From an uncultured Eubacteriales bacterium (lineage in GTDB: Bacteria > Bacillota > Clostridia > Christensenellales > UBA1242): DNA of 64,000 nt. Every line of letters begins with the position of its first letter. Position 1 is the first letter of the stretch. Below are positions 38,176 through 47,947 of the stretch, in pieces. Where the stretch lies: assembly GCA_949001935.1 (NCBI GenBank), contig CARJLX010000004.1, positions 23,023-87,022 of the forward strand, in the 5' to 3' direction. The notes under the pieces were generated by a model. It did not search any database. It was not told the DNA's origin and saw only the letters and a program-made list of their open reading frames with translations. Both the position numbers and the translations under genes were made by a program.

Positions 38176-39609
38176 TTATTCGTCATCACCAAATACGTCG
38201 ACGCTTTGATTAGCTTCTAAAGGCGCTTCTTCAATATCGGTTGCACTCACAGTTTCAGTTTTTTGAACCTTGGTTTTATCACCATAATTAACAAAGGTTG
38301 TATATTCGCCAATCCAACGAAGTTTAACAGTTCCAGTTCCACCATTTCTGTGCTTTGCAATAATAAGTTCAATTGTACCTGGCTCATCCTCTTGAGGTGT
38401 ATCGTTATATTTTTCTGGATTAAATAAGAAAAGAACAATATCAGCATCTTGCTCAATTGCACCTGAATCACGAAGGTCACTAAGCATTGGTCTGTGATCT
38501 TGACGAGATTCAACCGCACGAGATAATTGAGAAAGCACTATGATAGGAACATTTAACTCTTTGGCCGCAATTTTTAAAGTTCTTGAAATCTCACTCACTT
38601 CGTTGGTTCTATTTTCTGTAGACTTCTTTCCCGAACTCATAAGTTGAATATAGTCAACCATGATAAGATCTATATTATCTTTAGCCTTTAATCTTCTACA
38701 TTTTGAAATAAGGTCAGTTGGACTTGTCATTGCAGAATCATCTACATAAAGACCACTTGATTCTAGTTTTTTTGTGGCTGTCCAAATGCGTTGCCACTCT
38801 TCAGCACTCATAGTTCCCTTTAAAGCCTTTCCCATAGGTACTTTAGCAAGTGAGCAAATTGCTCTTTGCATAAGTTGCTCTCTAGACATTTCAAGTGAGA
38901 ACACCGCACATTTTTTACCAAGTTCGACAGCGGCGTGAGTAATAATATTCATTGAGAAAGAAGTTTTACCAACACCAGGACGAGCAGCGAGCAAAATCAA
39001 GTCTGAATTTTGAAGACCATTAGTTATCGCATCAAAATCTCTAAAGCCTGTTGGAATACCTTTTATTGAGGTAGGGTCTTTTGCAATAGTATCAAATTTA
39101 TCAAGTACTTTTTTGATTGCTCCACCTGGTTTCCCCACATGTTCAAGAGAAGAACGAGATTGTTTTTCGGCAATATCAAAAACAACTTGTTCTGCAAATT
39201 GAAGATCTTTGTCTTTATCTTCATTCTTAAAACTTTCTTCAATAATTTCTTGTCCAGACTTGATAAGTTTTCTTCTTATCGAATTGCTTTTAACAATATC
39301 GCAATAATAAGTAAAATTTGCAGCAGAAGGAACTGCGTTTGTCAAGAATGTAATATATTCAATTCCACCAACTTTTTCAAGAAGTTTATCTGTTTCAAGT
39401 TGAGCAGCAAGTGTGACAAAATCAACAGGAACAGAGCGTTGATAAATTTTAAGCATACAATTATAAATCTCTCTGTGAGCATCTGAGTAAAAATCGTCAT
39501 CACTCATAATAGGAAAAATATCTGCTTGAGCAATATTATCAAGCAAAATACAGCCAAGCACTGCCTGCTCGGCCTCTAAATTGTGTGGAAGCATTTTATA
39601 ATCTGCCAT
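38176..39609 (-). CDS. dnaB: Replicative DNA helicase DnaB
   Basis: LPHNLEAEQAVLGCILLD, Walker A ARPGVGKTSF, IMVDYIQLM, SQLSRAVESR, SGAIEQDAD. Confidence 0.97.
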   Translation of the reverse strand: MADYKMLPHNLEAEQAVLGCILLDNIAQADIFPIMSDDDFYSDAHREIYNCMLKIYQRSVPVDFVTLAAQLETDKLLEKVGGIEYITFLTNAVPSAANFTYYCDIVKSNSIRRKLIKSGQEIIEESFKNEDKDKDLQFAEQVVFDIAEKQSRSSLEHVGKPGGAIKKVLDKFDTIAKDPTSIKGIPTGFRDFDAITNGLQNSDLILLAARPGVGKTSFSMNIITHAAVELGKKCAVFSLEMSREQLMQRAICSLAKVPMGKALKGTMSAEEWQRIWTATKKLESSGLYVDDSAMTSPTDLISKCRRLKAKDNIDLIMVDYIQLMSSGKKSTENRTNEVSEISRTLKIAAKELNVPIIVLSQLSRAVESRQDHRPMLSDLRDSGAIEQDADIVLFLFNPEKYNDTPQEDEPGTIELIIAKHRNGGTGTVKLRWIGEYTTFVNYGDKTKVQKTETVSATDIEEAPLEANQSVDVFGDDE

Positions 39610-39618
39610 AAATTCCTC

Positions 39619-39882
39619 CTAGTGTGAAAAAGGGTCTTTTGTTTGATTTTCGACCGCTTCTCTTTCCTTCTTTTTATCAATTTTAGCACAAATCAAGAGA
39701 AATAACAAATAGAAAACCCCCGCTGTGACGATAATTATAAATCCATTCCAAACAGCAGGAATTTTAGCATAATAATCCAAAATATAACATTCAATTAAAC
39801 AAAAAATAAATATGCCAACAATAAACCACATAGTTCGCTTCAAACTTTTCTTTAAATTTCTGCTTTCTTTTGGAGCAATCAT
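39619..39882 (-). CDS. Small membrane protein, 87 aa
   Basis: ORF track; two TM segments, 9 nt upstream of dnaB. Confidence 0.5.
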   Translation of the reverse strand: MIAPKESRNLKKSLKRTMWFIVGIFIFCLIECYILDYYAKIPAVWNGFIIIVTAGVFYLLFLLICAKIDKKKEREAVENQTKDPFSH

Positions 39883-39975
39883 GCTTTTCCCTCCTTCTTT
39901 TTAAACTAAATATAAAATAAAATTTATTTTTTACTTAAAACATCCTTATTTATGCTACAATCTTTTAAAATTATC

Positions 39976-40031
39976 AACCAGCATCAATTCCGTAGTCTTT
40001 GCTTGCAACCAACAAGGAATTGATGCTGGTT
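39976..40031. terminator. Long perfect inverted repeat (16-bp stem, 24-nt loop) 3' of typA
   Basis: AACCAGCATCAATTCC...GGAATTGATGCTGGTT. Confidence 0.5.
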
Positions 40032-40045
40032 AATAATTCGCTCTC

Positions 40046-41878
40046 TTATATTTCCCCTCTCATAATCTTACCCTTCTCACGAAGTCGCATGTTATGATCA
40101 AGAATAATCTTTCTAATTCTCATACTCTTAGGAGTCACTTCCAAAATCTCGTCATCAGCAAGAAATTCGATAGCATCTTCAAGACTTAATCTCTTTGGAG
40201 GAGTTAATCTAAGAGCTTCATCAGAGCCTGATGCACGGCAATTTGAAAGATGCTTTTTCTTGCAAACATTTACAACAATATCATCACCTTTAGGATTTTG
40301 TCCAACAACCATTCCCGCATAAACTGGCACACCTGCTCCAATGAAAAGGTCCCCTCGCTCTTGAGCATTGAAAAGTCCATAAATGATAGCCTCGCCACTT
40401 TCGTGAGCAATCAAAGAACCATATTCACGGCGGTTAATTTCCCCCTTCCAAGGTTGATAACCTTCATAACTTGTGTTAATAACACCTTCACCCTTAGTGT
40501 CAGTTAAAAGTTCGCTCTTAAAACCAAAAAGCCCTCTCTCAGGAATTAAAAACTCCATTTTCATACGAGAACCGTGAGGAGTCATCCCAACAAGTTCACC
40601 CTTTCTAACTCCCATTTTCATCATTACAGTACCAGTACAATCTTCTGGGACATCAAGGAAAAGTCTATCAATAGGCTCACATTTAACTCCGTCTATATTT
40701 TTAATCAATACCTTAGGCATTGAAACTTGAAATTCATAGCCATCTCTACGCATGTTTTCAATCAAAATTGAAAGGTGCATTTCACCACGCCCACAAACTT
40801 GAAATCTTTCGGCAGTATCGCCATCGGTCACTTTTAAAGAAAGGTCCTTAACAGCCTCTTTATATAATCTATCTCTAAGATGACGGCTTGTCACATATTT
40901 GCCTTCCTTGCCAGCAAATGGACTATCGTTAACCATAAATGTCATTTCAACAGAAGGCTCTGCGATTTTTACAAATTCTAGAGGCTCTACTTTGCTTGCA
41001 TCACAAATTGTATCACCAATTTGGACATCTTCAAGCCCTGCAACACAAACAATTTCACCGATAGGAACTTCGTTTACTGGCACACGCTTAACACCTTCAA
41101 AAACAAACAAAGAAACGATTTTAGATCTAACTTGTTTTGCCTTATCGTGATAGTTGCAAAGCACAACACTTTGCCCAACACTCAATTTACCTTGTGTAAG
41201 TTTACCAACGGCAAGTTTACCAACATAGTCGTTATGTTCGGCAGAAGAAATAAGCATTTGTGCAGACTTTTCAGCGTCACCTTCTGGTGCTGGAATATGT
41301 GAAATAATTGTATCAAAAAGTGGAGTCATATCAGTTCCAACTTTGTTTATATCTGTTGAAGCAATACCTTGACGAGCAGATGCAAAAACAAATGGAGAAT
41401 TTAATTGTTCTTCATCGGCATCAAGCTCAAGGAAAAGTTCGAGTACTTCGTCTACAACTTCGCTAAGTCTTGCATCAGGTTTGTCAATCTTGTTTACAAC
41501 AACCACAACTTTAAGTTTTAATGCAAGCGCTCTTTCAAGTACAAAACGAGTTTGAGGCATTGGACCTTCATAAGCATCAACAACAAGCAAAACACCGTCA
41601 ACCATTTTAAGTACGCGTTCAACTTCCCCACCAAAGTCGGCGTGTCCCGGAGTGTCGATAACATTGATTTTTACACCATTATAAAGGCAAGAGCAATTTT
41701 TAGATAAAATAGTAATTCCTCTTTCTCTTTCAATGGCGTTTGAATCCATAACTCTGTCTTCAACCACTTGGTTTTCTCTAAAAACACTTCCTTGTTTTAA
41801 AAGTGCGTCAACCAAACTTGTCTTACCATGGTCTACATGGGCAATAATCGCAATATTTCTAATCTTTTCGTTTTTCAT
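40046..41878 (-). CDS. typA: Translational GTPase TypA/BipA
   Basis: [38 protein letters not shown], over 610 aa. Confidence 0.96.
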   Translation of the reverse strand: MKNEKIRNIAIIAHVDHGKTSLVDALLKQGSVFRENQVVEDRVMDSNAIERERGITILSKNCSCLYNGVKINVIDTPGHADFGGEVERVLKMVDGVLLVVDAYEGPMPQTRFVLERALALKLKVVVVVNKIDKPDARLSEVVDEVLELFLELDADEEQLNSPFVFASARQGIASTDINKVGTDMTPLFDTIISHIPAPEGDAEKSAQMLISSAEHNDYVGKLAVGKLTQGKLSVGQSVVLCNYHDKAKQVRSKIVSLFVFEGVKRVPVNEVPIGEIVCVAGLEDVQIGDTICDASKVEPLEFVKIAEPSVEMTFMVNDSPFAGKEGKYVTSRHLRDRLYKEAVKDLSLKVTDGDTAERFQVCGRGEMHLSILIENMRRDGYEFQVSMPKVLIKNIDGVKCEPIDRLFLDVPEDCTGTVMMKMGVRKGELVGMTPHGSRMKMEFLIPERGLFGFKSELLTDTKGEGVINTSYEGYQPWKGEINRREYGSLIAHESGEAIIYGLFNAQERGDLFIGAGVPVYAGMVVGQNPKGDDIVVNVCKKKHLSNCRASGSDEALRLTPPKRLSLEDAIEFLADDEILEVTPKSMRIRKIILDHNMRLREKGKIMRGEI

Positions 41879-41912
41879 TTTTCTTTCTATCCTTTTATAT
41901 TTCTAACACTTT

Positions 41913-41941
41913 ATTTTACCACAAACAAATGCATTTTTCAA
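41913..41941 (-). promoter_or_regulatory. typA promoter
   Basis: Minus strand: TTGAAA, a 17-nt spacer, then TG-n-TAAAAT. Confidence 0.5.
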
Positions 41942-41972
41942 GGAAGTAAAGAAAAAAATATGAAAAAGTTTA

Positions 41973-42494
41973 TTATTTTAACTCTTCATCTAATTTGTCG
42001 GCAACATTAAATATTGTTTTCCCTCTATTTTTTGCATACCTAAACATAATAGAAGTTCCACTTCTTGTCAAACCAGCTTTATCTTTATTGTAATACATAA
42101 TCAAAAATTGACTATCTTTAACAATTTGTTTATCTCTCATTAAATAAGAAACTTTACCTGCATTGAATTTTTCATTGTAATAGACACCGTCAAAAAATGC
42201 AATTCGAAAATTATTATCCTTATGATCAATAGCTTCTAACTTGTTTGCAAGCTCAGACTCCTCTTTCAAATAAGCAGTTTCTGAGCGAGTGCAATATTTA
42301 TATATTTCAACATGTGGATATCTGGCTAAAATATCAACTATTGCCCAATAGCATGCATGAGTAAATTCACTACGAGAACCAAATAATATTCTATCTACAT
42401 ATTGGTTTTCAATTAAATCAACAACAATCTTTTTTACTTCTTCTAGTTTCTCTTTATCATCAAAATCTCTATGACCTAAAATTCCTAATGTCAT
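41973..42494 (-). CDS. SLOG/DUF1273 (YpsA-like) family protein
   Basis: The layout ILGHRDF...RILFGSRSEFTHACYWAIVDILARYPHVEIY... resembles B. subtilis YpsA, from memory only. Confidence 0.45.
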   Translation of the reverse strand: MTLGILGHRDFDDKEKLEEVKKIVVDLIENQYVDRILFGSRSEFTHACYWAIVDILARYPHVEIYKYCTRSETAYLKEESELANKLEAIDHKDNNFRIAFFDGVYYNEKFNAGKVSYLMRDKQIVKDSQFLIMYYNKDKAGLTRSGTSIMFRYAKNRGKTIFNVADKLDEELK

Positions 42495-42547
42495 TTACGC
42501 CCTCCTTAACGATACATTCACAACTATTATAAGCGTTTTTTACAATA

Positions 42548-42635
42548 GTTGTCAACATATTCACAATCTGTGAATACATTCACAACATATTTTTTTTAAA
42601 AATGCTAGTCTTTTCTTGTGAATACATCCACAAGG
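42548..42635. promoter_or_regulatory. Cluster of palindromic operator-like sites (TTGTGAAT-AC-ATTCACAA family) between the SLOG gene and XRE-1
   Basis: TTGTCAACATATTCACAA (42548-42565), TGTGAATACATTCACA (perfect, about 42569-42584), TTGTGAATACATCCACAA (about 42616-42633), and a half-site at 42511-42524. Confidence 0.6.
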
Positions 42636-42642
42636 AGGGAAC

Positions 42643-42876
42643 ATGAAATTACATGAGGCTGTTGCAAGAAGAATTCTTGATTATTGCAACGAAAGAGATC
42701 TTACACCTAACAAACTTTGTACAATGTCGGGCGTTATTCAATCTACAGTTAACAGCATTTTTTCTGGAAGAAGTAAAAACCCAAAAATAGGGACAATTAA
42801 TGACTTGTGTACAGGTTTAAACATAACACTTGCAGAATTTTTTGACTGCAAATATTTTATTGACCTCGAAGATTGA
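42643..42876 (+). CDS. XRE-family HTH repressor, 77 aa (copy 1)
   Basis: MKLHEAVARRILDYCNERDLTPNKLCTMSGVIQSTVNSIFSGRSKNPKIGTI.... Confidence 0.8.
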   Translation: MKLHEAVARRILDYCNERDLTPNKLCTMSGVIQSTVNSIFSGRSKNPKIGTINDLCTGLNITLAEFFDCKYFIDLED

Positions 42877-42877
42877 A

Positions 42878-42939
42878 GTTGTGAATGTATTAACAACATT
42901 AAAAATGTAAAAAGTTTAAAATGTGAATACATCGACAAC
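42878..42939. promoter_or_regulatory. Second operator pair upstream of XRE-2
   Basis: TTGTGAATGTATTAACAA (about 42879-42896) and TGTGAATACATCGACA (about 42922-42937). Confidence 0.55.
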
Positions 42940-42953
42940 TTGTGAGGTAAATT

Positions 42954-43187
42954 ATGAAATTGCATGAAGCAGTCGGCAAAAGAATTTTGGAATATTGCAA
43001 AGAACAAGACATAACTCCAAACAAACTTTGTACAAAATCGGGTATAATACAATCCACAGTAAACAGTATTTTTTCTGGAAGAAGTAAAAATCCTAAACTT
43101 GAAACGATTTACAATCTTTGTATTGGCCTTGGCATAACTTTGGAAGAGTTTTTTGCCAGCGACTTATTTATTAATTTAGACGATTAA
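42954..43187 (+). CDS. XRE-family HTH repressor, 77 aa (copy 2, tandem paralogue)
   Basis: MKLHEAVGKRILEYCKEQDITPNKLCTKSGIIQSTVNSIFSGRSKNPKLETI.... Same length as copy 1 and about 70% identical by eye. Confidence 0.8.
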   Translation: MKLHEAVGKRILEYCKEQDITPNKLCTKSGIIQSTVNSIFSGRSKNPKLETIYNLCIGLGITLEEFFASDLFINLDD

Positions 43188-43249
43188 AAAAATAAATAAT
43201 AAAAAGCATTTCGAACTTTCTATAAAGAAAGAAGGAATGCTTTTTATAG

Positions 43250-43294
43250 TTTTCTTTTGTTTCTTTTCTTTAAAAGTAAAGAAAGATAAAAAAG
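43250..43294 (+). repeat. Hairpin element copy H (between the convergent XRE-2 and uvrB 3' ends)
   Basis: TTTTCTTTTGTTTCTTTTCTTTAAAAGTAAAGAAAGATAAAAAAG. It is preceded by a mini-hairpin CTTTCTATAAAGAAAG nested in the XRE-2 terminator (43201-43245). Confidence 0.65.
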
Positions 43295-43311
43295 TAAGTA
43301 CGCAAGTACAC

Positions 43312-45270
43312 TTATCTTTTCTTATCAAGTTGTTTTTTAAGTTTTGCGATTTTGTCGCGGAATTCCATGGCACGCTCAAACTCTAATGAATTGGACGCAA
43401 TCTTCATCATAGCCGTCAACTTTTCAATCTCGCGTGGAATGTCTTCTCTCTTCAACTTGCCGTCATCAACCTTCTTGGTAATTTCAAGAGTGTTGTTTAT
43501 CTCTTTGATAATAGTCTTTGGAATAATTCCATGCTCCTCATTAAACTTCTCTTGAATTGCACGCCTACGCTCGGTTTCGCCAATTGCCCTCTTCATACTA
43601 TCGGTTATATTGTCGGCAAACATGATAACTCTGCCATTAGCATTTCTAGCAGCACGACCTATAGTTTGGATCAATGCACCTTCGCTCCTAAGAAAGCCCT
43701 CTTTGTCGGCATCAAGGATCGCCACCAGTTCAACCTCTGGCATGTCCAAACCTTCACGCAACAAATTGATACCAACTAACACATCAAACTCACCCGAACG
43801 TAAACCATTGATAATCTCGACGCGTTCCATGGTGTCTATCTCACTATGCATATATTTTGCTTTAATTTTATGCTCGGTTAAATAGGTTGTTAAACTTTCA
43901 GCCATCTTTTTAGTTAATGTCGTGACAAGAACTCTTGCCCCACTGTCGACAGTTTTATTAATTTCAACCATAAGTTGTTCAATCTGATTCTCAATCGGCT
44001 TAACTTCAATCATAGGATCTAAAAGCCCTGTTGGACGAATAACCTGCTCAACAACCTGTCCAGCCCTTTCAAGTTCATACTTGCCAGGAGTTGCCGAAAC
44101 ATAGACAACTTGCCCTAATTTAGAATTAAACTCTTCAAAAGTAAGAGGCCTATTATCTCGCGCAGCCTCCAAACGAAAACCATAATCGACAAGAGATGTT
44201 TTTCTTGCTTTATCTCCATTAAACATTGCTCTAACTTGTGGAAGCGTCATATGGCTTTCATCAATGATAGTTAAAAAGTCTTTTGGGAAATAATCTATAA
44301 GTGTAAAAGGTGGCTCACCTGGTCTACGCCCATCAAAATATCTAGAATAATTTTCTATTCCACTACAATAGCCAATCTCTCTCATCATTTCAAGGTCATA
44401 AGAAACGCGTTGAGCAATACGCTCACTTTCTATATATTTACCCTGCTTTTCAAAATCTTTTGCAGCCTTTACTCTATCATTTTCTATTTTCTCAAGTACA
44501 TTCTCCATTCTCTCTCGGCCAACTACATAGTGAGTAGCAGGATAGATTGACACAACTTTCAGTTGATTTATAAGGTTGCCAGATACAGGTTCAAATTCAT
44601 ATATTTTTTCAATCTCATCACCAAAGAAAAGAACTCGAATAGCCATTTCACTCTGGTTTGAAGGGAAAATATCTAAAGTATCACCTTTAACTCTAAAAGT
44701 AGAACGTTTAAAATCTATATCATTTCGCATATATTGAATTGAAATGAGCCGAGATATAATTTCATCTCGATCTACCAAATCACCCTCACGAAGAGAGATG
44801 TGTAATCTTTCATATTCTTCTGGGCAACCCAAGCCATATATACAAGAAACTGATGCTACAATTATAACATCATCACGCTCCAAAACCGAAGCAGTGGCTG
44901 AAGAGCGAAGTTTATCAATCTCTTCATTGATAGACATATCTTTTTCGATATATGTATCCGAAGAAACAATATATGCCTCTGGTTGATAATAATCATAGTA
45001 TGAAACAAAAAACTCTACTCGATTGTTCGGGAAAAACTCTCTAAATTCATTGCAGAGTTGAGCGGCAAGCGTTTTATTATGTGCAATAACCAAGGTTGGT
45101 TTTTTATTATTTTTTATTATGTTTGCCATAGTGAAAGTTTTTCCACTACCAGTCACACCTAAAAGAACCTGTTCTTTTAAACCATCCTGCAAGCCTTCTG
45201 TTAATTTTTCTATTGCCTCTGGCTGATCACCAGCAGGCTTATATTTAGATTGCAAATCAAACTCTGCCAT
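43312..45270 (-). CDS. uvrB: Excinuclease ABC subunit B
   Basis: [45 protein letters not shown], and a C-terminal UVR motif [15 protein letters not shown]. The start was trimmed to ATG 45270. Confidence 0.97.
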   Translation of the reverse strand: MAEFDLQSKYKPAGDQPEAIEKLTEGLQDGLKEQVLLGVTGSGKTFTMANIIKNNKKPTLVIAHNKTLAAQLCNEFREFFPNNRVEFFVSYYDYYQPEAYIVSSDTYIEKDMSINEEIDKLRSSATASVLERDDVIIVASVSCIYGLGCPEEYERLHISLREGDLVDRDEIISRLISIQYMRNDIDFKRSTFRVKGDTLDIFPSNQSEMAIRVLFFGDEIEKIYEFEPVSGNLINQLKVVSIYPATHYVVGRERMENVLEKIENDRVKAAKDFEKQGKYIESERIAQRVSYDLEMMREIGYCSGIENYSRYFDGRRPGEPPFTLIDYFPKDFLTIIDESHMTLPQVRAMFNGDKARKTSLVDYGFRLEAARDNRPLTFEEFNSKLGQVVYVSATPGKYELERAGQVVEQVIRPTGLLDPMIEVKPIENQIEQLMVEINKTVDSGARVLVTTLTKKMAESLTTYLTEHKIKAKYMHSEIDTMERVEIINGLRSGEFDVLVGINLLREGLDMPEVELVAILDADKEGFLRSEGALIQTIGRAARNANGRVIMFADNITDSMKRAIGETERRRAIQEKFNEEHGIIPKTIIKEINNTLEITKKVDDGKLKREDIPREIEKLTAMMKIASNSLEFERAMEFRDKIAKLKKQLDKKR

Positions 45271-45278
45271 TTTTAACC

Positions 45279-45326
45279 TCTTCTCTTCTTTTCTTTTAAA
45301 GAAAAGGCAACCAAATGTTGCACGAC
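45279..45326 (-). repeat. Hairpin element copy I fused to a full GCAAC-N5-GTTGC palindrome (5' UTR of uvrB)
   Basis: Gene-sense strand: GTCGTGCAACATTTGGTTGCCTTTTCTTTAAAAGAAAAGAAGAGAAGG, then TTAAAAATG. Confidence 0.75.
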
Positions 45327-45343
45327 TTTTATTTAATAAAAAC

Positions 45344-45372
45344 ATTATATCAAATTCACTAATATAAATCAA
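45344..45372 (-). promoter_or_regulatory. uvrB promoter
   Basis: Minus strand: TTGATT, a 17-nt spacer, then TATAAT. The composite repeat starts about 18 nt downstream of the -10 hexamer. Confidence 0.55.
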
Positions 45373-45377
45373 CATTA

Positions 45378-45737
45378 TCACTTAAATATTGCTTTCAAAA
45401 TCAAACCAAAAACAAAAGAAACAGTAGCCAAAAACATACTGCGTAAAACTAATAACCCCAAAGTTTTTCTCTGGCGTTTGGCATCTTCTAAAAAAGTCTG
45501 ACCTTTTTTCTTTAATGTGACGCAGTAATAATAGCCATTTTTTGAATCACTTACCACAAAATCAATATAATTTTCTAAACTAAGAGATGTCATAATTTCA
45601 TCAATTTCCGCCACCGATAAAACCGCTTTTTTACTTGAGTTCAATGCTATATCGTGTGGAGAAACAAGATGTGTCTTTTTACCAGTGCACACCTTGCAAA
45701 GATAACTCATAACTACCTTTTCATTTCGACTTGTCAT
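45378..45737 (-). CDS. Hypothetical 119-aa protein with a winged-helix-like N-terminal part and a C-terminal TM anchor
   Basis: ORF track. The C terminus ([26 protein letters not shown]) is hydrophobic. Confidence 0.45.
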   Translation of the reverse strand: MTSRNEKVVMSYLCKVCTGKKTHLVSPHDIALNSSKKAVLSVAEIDEIMTSLSLENYIDFVVSDSKNGYYYCVTLKKKGQTFLEDAKRQRKTLGLLVLRSMFLATVSFVFGLILKAIFK

Positions 45738-45822
45738 TTTGCTCCAATTATTCTTGTGTATTATTGCCCTTTAAGAAATTTTTATGCGTTGACAAAATTA
45801 TGAGAAATCTATTAAATTAAAT

Positions 45823-45851
45823 AAAAAAACACCTAAATTGGTGTTTTTTTT
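45823..45851. terminator. Bidirectional terminator
   Basis: AAAAAAACACCTAAATTGGTGTTTTTTTT. Confidence 0.75.
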
Positions 45852-45863
45852 ATTTAATTAATT

Positions 45864-46991
45864 TTAACAATGGCCATGGCAATCATCACAATCGCAACCA
45901 TGTTCACAAGCAACCTCTTCCATATATTTATGAAGTGGTTGTGCTTTATAAAAGTTTTCAGGCATCCAATCAGTTGTTGTGAAACCTGCTGGAGCACACA
46001 TAACTTCTGGAATACGATTGATAACTGTTGCACAAGTAAGTTCTACTGTGCTAGGACGTTCAATAACCACTCTTGTGTTAGGCTCACCTTCAATAGTCCA
46101 GTCATTGCAGTCAAATTCGTTCTTATCGTAAACCTTACCAATTGCTTCAGCTTCAATGATAATTCCTTCCTTAGTTTCAGTTGTGACTACAGCACTCATA
46201 CCTGTACAATTGCCTTTTGGAATTGTCATGCCAAGCGTTGAACTTTTAATATTCTTATTAGCAATTTGTGGAACACATTTTTGAGTTTGTCTTGTCACAT
46301 GAAGCCCAAGTTTTTCACAGAGCCATCCATTAACATTCCACATATAACTAGGAGCAAATTGACCAGCATTGATAATTTTCTTTCTTTCTTCATCAGAAAT
46401 GTTATCTGCTGATGCAACCTCTTTTTCAAACTCTTCAACTGTAAGTCCAGCACCATGAACTTGAGCTAAAGAAATACCATAGTCTTCAACATTATAACTG
46501 CTCTTTCCTCTAATCTTAGTTATCTTGTGAGTTGCACCTGCAAGAACGCTGATAAGATTTCCCCAGAAAACATCTTGATAACCGCTTCCGCAAATAGTAC
46601 AGCCAGTTTCTTGACAAAGTTTATCCAATTTTTTGAATAACTTTGGATTGCTGTTTTGAGGGAAAAATGCCTCTTCACATGTAGAAATTGCATTAACACC
46701 ATTTTTAGCACAAATTTCATAAGCTGGATAATTTTCAGCAAACACGCTTGTAGTTGTAATAATAGCAACATCTACATCATTATTTTGAAGAAATTGCTCA
46801 AATTCTTTTGCGTCTTGGATTTTAACTCCAAATTTTTTATCGCTTCCAATAACCTCAGCAATGTCCTTCCCAATAATTGCAGGATTAATATCAAACGCTC
46901 CTACAACTTTAACGCCCTTTTCGATTGCATAACGCATTGTATATGCACTCATCTTTCCGCAACCATATTGAACCATTTTTATTTTTTCCAT
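45864..46991 (-). CDS. DapB-fold NAD(P)-dependent oxidoreductase (2,4-diaminopentanoate/amine dehydrogenase-like) with a Cys/His-rich tail
   Basis: The N terminus (IKMVQYGCGKMSAYTMRYAIEKGVKVVGAFDINPAIIGKDIAEVIG) matches the remembered amine-dehydrogenase pattern. The C terminus is CEHGCDCDDCHGHC. Confidence 0.5.
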   Translation of the reverse strand: MEKIKMVQYGCGKMSAYTMRYAIEKGVKVVGAFDINPAIIGKDIAEVIGSDKKFGVKIQDAKEFEQFLQNNDVDVAIITTTSVFAENYPAYEICAKNGVNAISTCEEAFFPQNSNPKLFKKLDKLCQETGCTICGSGYQDVFWGNLISVLAGATHKITKIRGKSSYNVEDYGISLAQVHGAGLTVEEFEKEVASADNISDEERKKIINAGQFAPSYMWNVNGWLCEKLGLHVTRQTQKCVPQIANKNIKSSTLGMTIPKGNCTGMSAVVTTETKEGIIIEAEAIGKVYDKNEFDCNDWTIEGEPNTRVVIERPSTVELTCATVINRIPEVMCAPAGFTTTDWMPENFYKAQPLHKYMEEVACEHGCDCDDCHGHC

Positions 46992-47056
46992 TTATAAACC
47001 TCCAATAACATTATACTATTATTGGCAGAAAAAACAAAATATTTTCACACTATTTA

Positions 47057-47773
47057 TTAATTTAAAGCAAATTCAACTTTGAGTTTAGCTTGAATAGTAA
47101 TCTTACCAACCAAATCATTTTCAACCATAGCATCTGTATAATCTTTATAAAGCGTGCCACAGCAATAAACATATTCTTCGCTAATTGAAAGTACTGGAAG
47201 TTCGCCCTCACCTTCAACAAGTTTGCTAGCTTTTAATTTAGCATTTTCTAAAGCATCAATCATGGTTTGGTTATAAATCTCTTCATAATTAGAAACTTCA
47301 TAGTTAATATTCCTAACAGTAGTCACGCCGCAGTCGGTAATCACATCAATTGCACCTTTAATGTTTTCAAGATTTTCGATATAAAAGCTGAAATTTGTTG
47401 TAGCATAATAACCCTGAATCTCTATAGCATAACTATTATCATAACTAGGATAGCAGGTAAAATATTCTGTTCTTATACCTTCGCGGTCAACGCCAAAGTC
47501 TACCAATGCTTTAATAGCACAATCCAAAATATCAAAATTCTTTTCTTTTGATTCCTTCATATCACTAGAAAGAGTTTGAATACTTGCAGTAATTTTAGCC
47601 CTGTCTGGAGCCACCTCTGTTGACGCTTCACCAATAACACTAACAGATGCAAAATTATCATCTGCCAAAGCTTCACCACTAACATTTTCTACATTTGTAG
47701 CAATAGAAAGCACACCAAAGCAAGAACAGATTGCAATTAAAATTGTCAATCCAAAAATATAAAATTTTTTCAT
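47057..47773 (-). CDS. SIMPL/DUF541-domain exported protein
   Basis: A signal/anchor (MKKFYIFGLTILIAICSCFGVL), then VSVIGEASTEVAPDRAKITASIQT, typical of SIMPL. The start was trimmed to ATG 47773 (SD GGAGG). Confidence 0.6.
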   Translation of the reverse strand: MKKFYIFGLTILIAICSCFGVLSIATNVENVSGEALADDNFASVSVIGEASTEVAPDRAKITASIQTLSSDMKESKEKNFDILDCAIKALVDFGVDREGIRTEYFTCYPSYDNSYAIEIQGYYATTNFSFYIENLENIKGAIDVITDCGVTTVRNINYEVSNYEEIYNQTMIDALENAKLKASKLVEGEGELPVLSISEEYVYCCGTLYKDYTDAMVENDLVGKITIQAKLKVEFALN

Positions 47774-47893
47774 AAATACCTCCGCTATTATCATGGCTAA
47801 TCCTTTTGATTTTATGAAAAATTTATATTTTTTCAACAAAAATCCTGCTTTTTAGTGCTTTTTTACTATTTTATTTTAAATTTCTACATTATT

Positions 47894-47936
47894 AAAAATA
47901 AAAAACATTATAAAGTTCATTGAACATTATAATGTT
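47894..47936 (-). terminator. Terminator after cls
   Basis: AACATTATAA...TTATAATGTT stem followed, on the minus strand, by a T-run. Confidence 0.65.
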
Positions 47937-47947
47937 TTTATACCACT

